Below are positions 21,147-23,783 of a stretch of DNA of 23,783 nucleotides, one piece after another; the first letter of the stretch is position 1, and every line of letters begins with the position of its first letter. This stretch comes from Amaricoccus sp. Lineage in GTDB: Bacteria; Pseudomonadota; Alphaproteobacteria; Rhodobacterales; Rhodobacteraceae. A model generated the notes under the pieces. That model had not been told where the DNA came from. It searched no databases and saw nothing but the letters and a program-made list of their open reading frames with translations. Both the position numbers and the translations under genes were made by a program. The stretch covers positions 1 to 23,783 of the forward strand of contig NZ_JAGOID010000048.1 of the NCBI RefSeq assembly GCF_017995835.1. The letters run 5' to 3'.

Positions 21147-21273
21147 TCGCTTCCTCCCTTGGTTCCACGGCGCGGAGGCCCGGTTAACCTTGGTTGACGT
21201 TCGGTGAATCTGATCGACGTTATCTTTGACTATCAACGACTTGACCAGCGTCGCGCGCGCGAGACTGCAGGCC

Positions 21274-22266
21274 TCACTCGGCGGCGACAGGCGCCCGGCG
21301 TGCGGCGGCCTTCTCGGCGTGGGCGACGAGCCCGTCGCGGAACCAGGCGCCGTCGTCCCAGGCCTTCACCCGGGCGCCGAGCCGGTCCTTGTTGCACGGG
21401 CCGTTGCCGGCGATGACGTCGAAGAACTCCGACCAGTCGGGCTCGGAGAAGTCGTGGCCGCCCTTCTCCTCGTTCCACTTCAGCTCGGGATCGGGGACGG
21501 TCAGCCCCAGGTACTTGGCCTGCGGCACGGTCTGGTCGACGAACTTCTGGCGGAGCTCGTCGTTGGTGTTCATCTTGATCTTCCACGCCATCGACTGGGC
21601 GGAATGCACCGAGTCCTTGTCCGACGGCCCGAACATCATCAGCGACGGATACCACAGCCGGTTCAGCGCATCCTGCGCCATGCGCTTCTGCTCGGGCGTG
21701 CCTGCGGCCATCTTCATCATGATGGCGTAGCCTTGGCGCTGGTGGAACGATTCCTCCTTGCAGATGCGGATCATCGCCCGGCTGTACGGCCCGAACGAGG
21801 TCCGCTGCAGCGGCACCTGGTTCATGATCGCCGCCCCGTCGACCAGCCAGCCGACCGCGCCCATGTCGGCCCAGGTCAGCGTCGGATAGTTGAAGATCGA
21901 CGAGTACTTCATCTTGCCCTTGTGGAGTAGTTCCATCAGCTCGTCGCGGCTCACCCCGAGCGTCTCGGCGGCGCAGTAGAGATAGAGGCCGTGCCCCGCC
22001 TCGTCCTGCACCTTGGCGAGCAGGATCGCCTTGCGCTCCAGCGTCGGGGCACGGGAGATCCAGTTGCCCTCGGGCAGCTGGCCGACGATCTCGGAGTGGG
22101 CGTGCTGGCCGATCTGGCGGATCAGCGTCTTGCGATAGCCCTCGGGCATCCACTCCTTGGGCTCGATCTTCTCGTTCCGGTCGATGCGCTCCTGGAAGGC
22201 GCGCTCCGCGGGCGTCATGTCCTCCGGCTTCTTCAGACCCTCGGTCGAGACGAGCTGGGCGTACAT
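21274..22266 (-). CDS. paaA: Phenylacetyl-CoA 1,2-epoxidase catalytic subunit PaaA
   Basis: 330 aa from the ATG at 22266 (RBS GAGGAGGAAG), 14 nt after the paaJ stop. [43 protein letters not shown] and [11 protein letters not shown] match E. coli PaaA, with all di-iron ligand motifs present. Confidence 0.95.
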   Translation of the reverse strand: MYAQLVSTEGLKKPEDMTPAERAFQERIDRNEKIEPKEWMPEGYRKTLIRQIGQHAHSEIVGQLPEGNWISRAPTLERKAILLAKVQDEAGHGLYLYCAAETLGVSRDELMELLHKGKMKYSSIFNYPTLTWADMGAVGWLVDGAAIMNQVPLQRTSFGPYSRAMIRICKEESFHQRQGYAIMMKMAAGTPEQKRMAQDALNRLWYPSLMMFGPSDKDSVHSAQSMAWKIKMNTNDELRQKFVDQTVPQAKYLGLTVPDPELKWNEEKGGHDFSEPDWSEFFDVIAGNGPCNKDRLGARVKAWDDGAWFRDGLVAHAEKAAARRAPVAAE

Positions 22267-22280
22267 TCTTTGCTTCCTCC

Positions 22281-23486
<1,206 letters not shown>

Positions 23487-23517
23487 ATCGTCCTCCCCGA
23501 ATCTCCATTGCCATCAC

Positions 23518-23539
23518 ATTAGCCGACCGGCCGGTCAAT
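23518..23539 (-). promoter_or_regulatory. Candidate PaaR (TetR-type) operator, copy 2, upstream of paaJ
   Basis: The minus strand reads ATTGACCGGCCGGTCGGCTAAT. It contains the perfect 12-bp palindrome GACCGGCCGGTC and ends 31 nt upstream of the paaJ ATG. It matches 8468-8489 at 17 of 22 positions, in the same orientation relative to the downstream operon. Confidence 0.5.
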
Positions 23540-23589
23540 GTATAGCGAAATGTGCCCTTTGCCGAGAAAGAGATGATCTTGGTGGGGCC

Positions 23590-23783
23590 GGCAGCCACCA
23601 GGAACAGCGACAGAACTCGTGTCCGCTTCGCTTAAGCGGCCCAGGCGAGCTCGGGGCCTAGTGGAAGGAATCCAACGCTTGGTACCCGCGCTTGACGGCG
23701 GCGATGATCTTGTCGGGGTCGGCGGTCCAGGTGAAGGGCTTTGGCTGCTGGTTGTGCTCGGCGAGGAAGCGGTTGATGGCGGC
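23590..23783 (-). mobile_element. Right-hand partial IS630-family element; inner boundary uncertain
   Basis: The transposase 3' end is at 23658. The terminal repeat must lie somewhere between about 23545 and 23657. Candidate TA target dinucleotides occur at 23541-23544. A CCGCTT-cgctt-AAGCGG hairpin sits at about 23623-23639. I cannot fix the boundary without the other end. Confidence 0.45.
23658..23783 (-). CDS. IS630-family transposase, C-terminal fragment (5' part beyond the right edge)
   Basis: The reverse complement of 23783-23658 translates to AAINRFLAEHNQQPKPFTWTADPDKIIAAVKRGYQALDSFH*. The N(x3)PKPF(x)WT motif is the characteristic C-terminal tail of IS630/Tc1-like bacterial transposases. 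It is absent from the ORF track because no start codon lies in the window. Confidence 0.8.
   Translation of the reverse strand, partial: AAINRFLAEHNQQPKPFTWTADPDKIIAAVKRGYQALDSFH

Overview
High-GC proteobacterial window that is almost entirely a phenylacetate (paa) catabolic island, with a partial IS element at each edge. The left edge holds the N-terminus and terminus of an IS3-family element (1-~130, minus strand). The right edge holds the C-terminus of an IS630-family transposase (23658-23783, minus strand).

There are three tightly packed transcription units:
- Minus strand, 8436 down to 308: paaN2-type aldehyde dehydrogenase, a five-gene Liv-type ABC importer, and a fused enoyl-CoA hydratase/3-hydroxyacyl-CoA dehydrogenase.
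- Plus strand, 8542 to 11857: paaG-paaI-paaK and a TetR-type regulator (paaR).
- Minus strand, 23486 down to 11937: paaJ-paaA-paaB-paaC-paaD-paaE, an extra PaaA/PaaC-family paralog, paaZ, a penicillin G acylase homolog, a hotdog acyl-CoA thioesterase and paaY.

Most calls rest on my recognition of strong similarity to the E. coli Paa proteins and E. coli penicillin G acylase, plus start-codon/RBS inspection. Several ORF-track starts are N-terminally over-extended and I trimmed them.

Points beyond a textbook paa cluster:
- A third PaaA/PaaC-like ferritin-fold protein that keeps only four of the six PaaA metal-ligand positions.
- A periplasmic penicillin G acylase built into the paa operon, together with a Liv-type importer.
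- Both a complete PaaZ fusion and a PaaN2-type dehydrogenase.
- A 22-bp palindromic motif shared by the two main promoter regions, a candidate PaaR operator.
- A 3'-truncated fusion gene next to the IS3 end.
- An unusually long AT-rich paaA-paaB spacer.

I saw no tRNA, rRNA or CRISPR. The many long antisense ORFs in the track look like high-GC artefacts.
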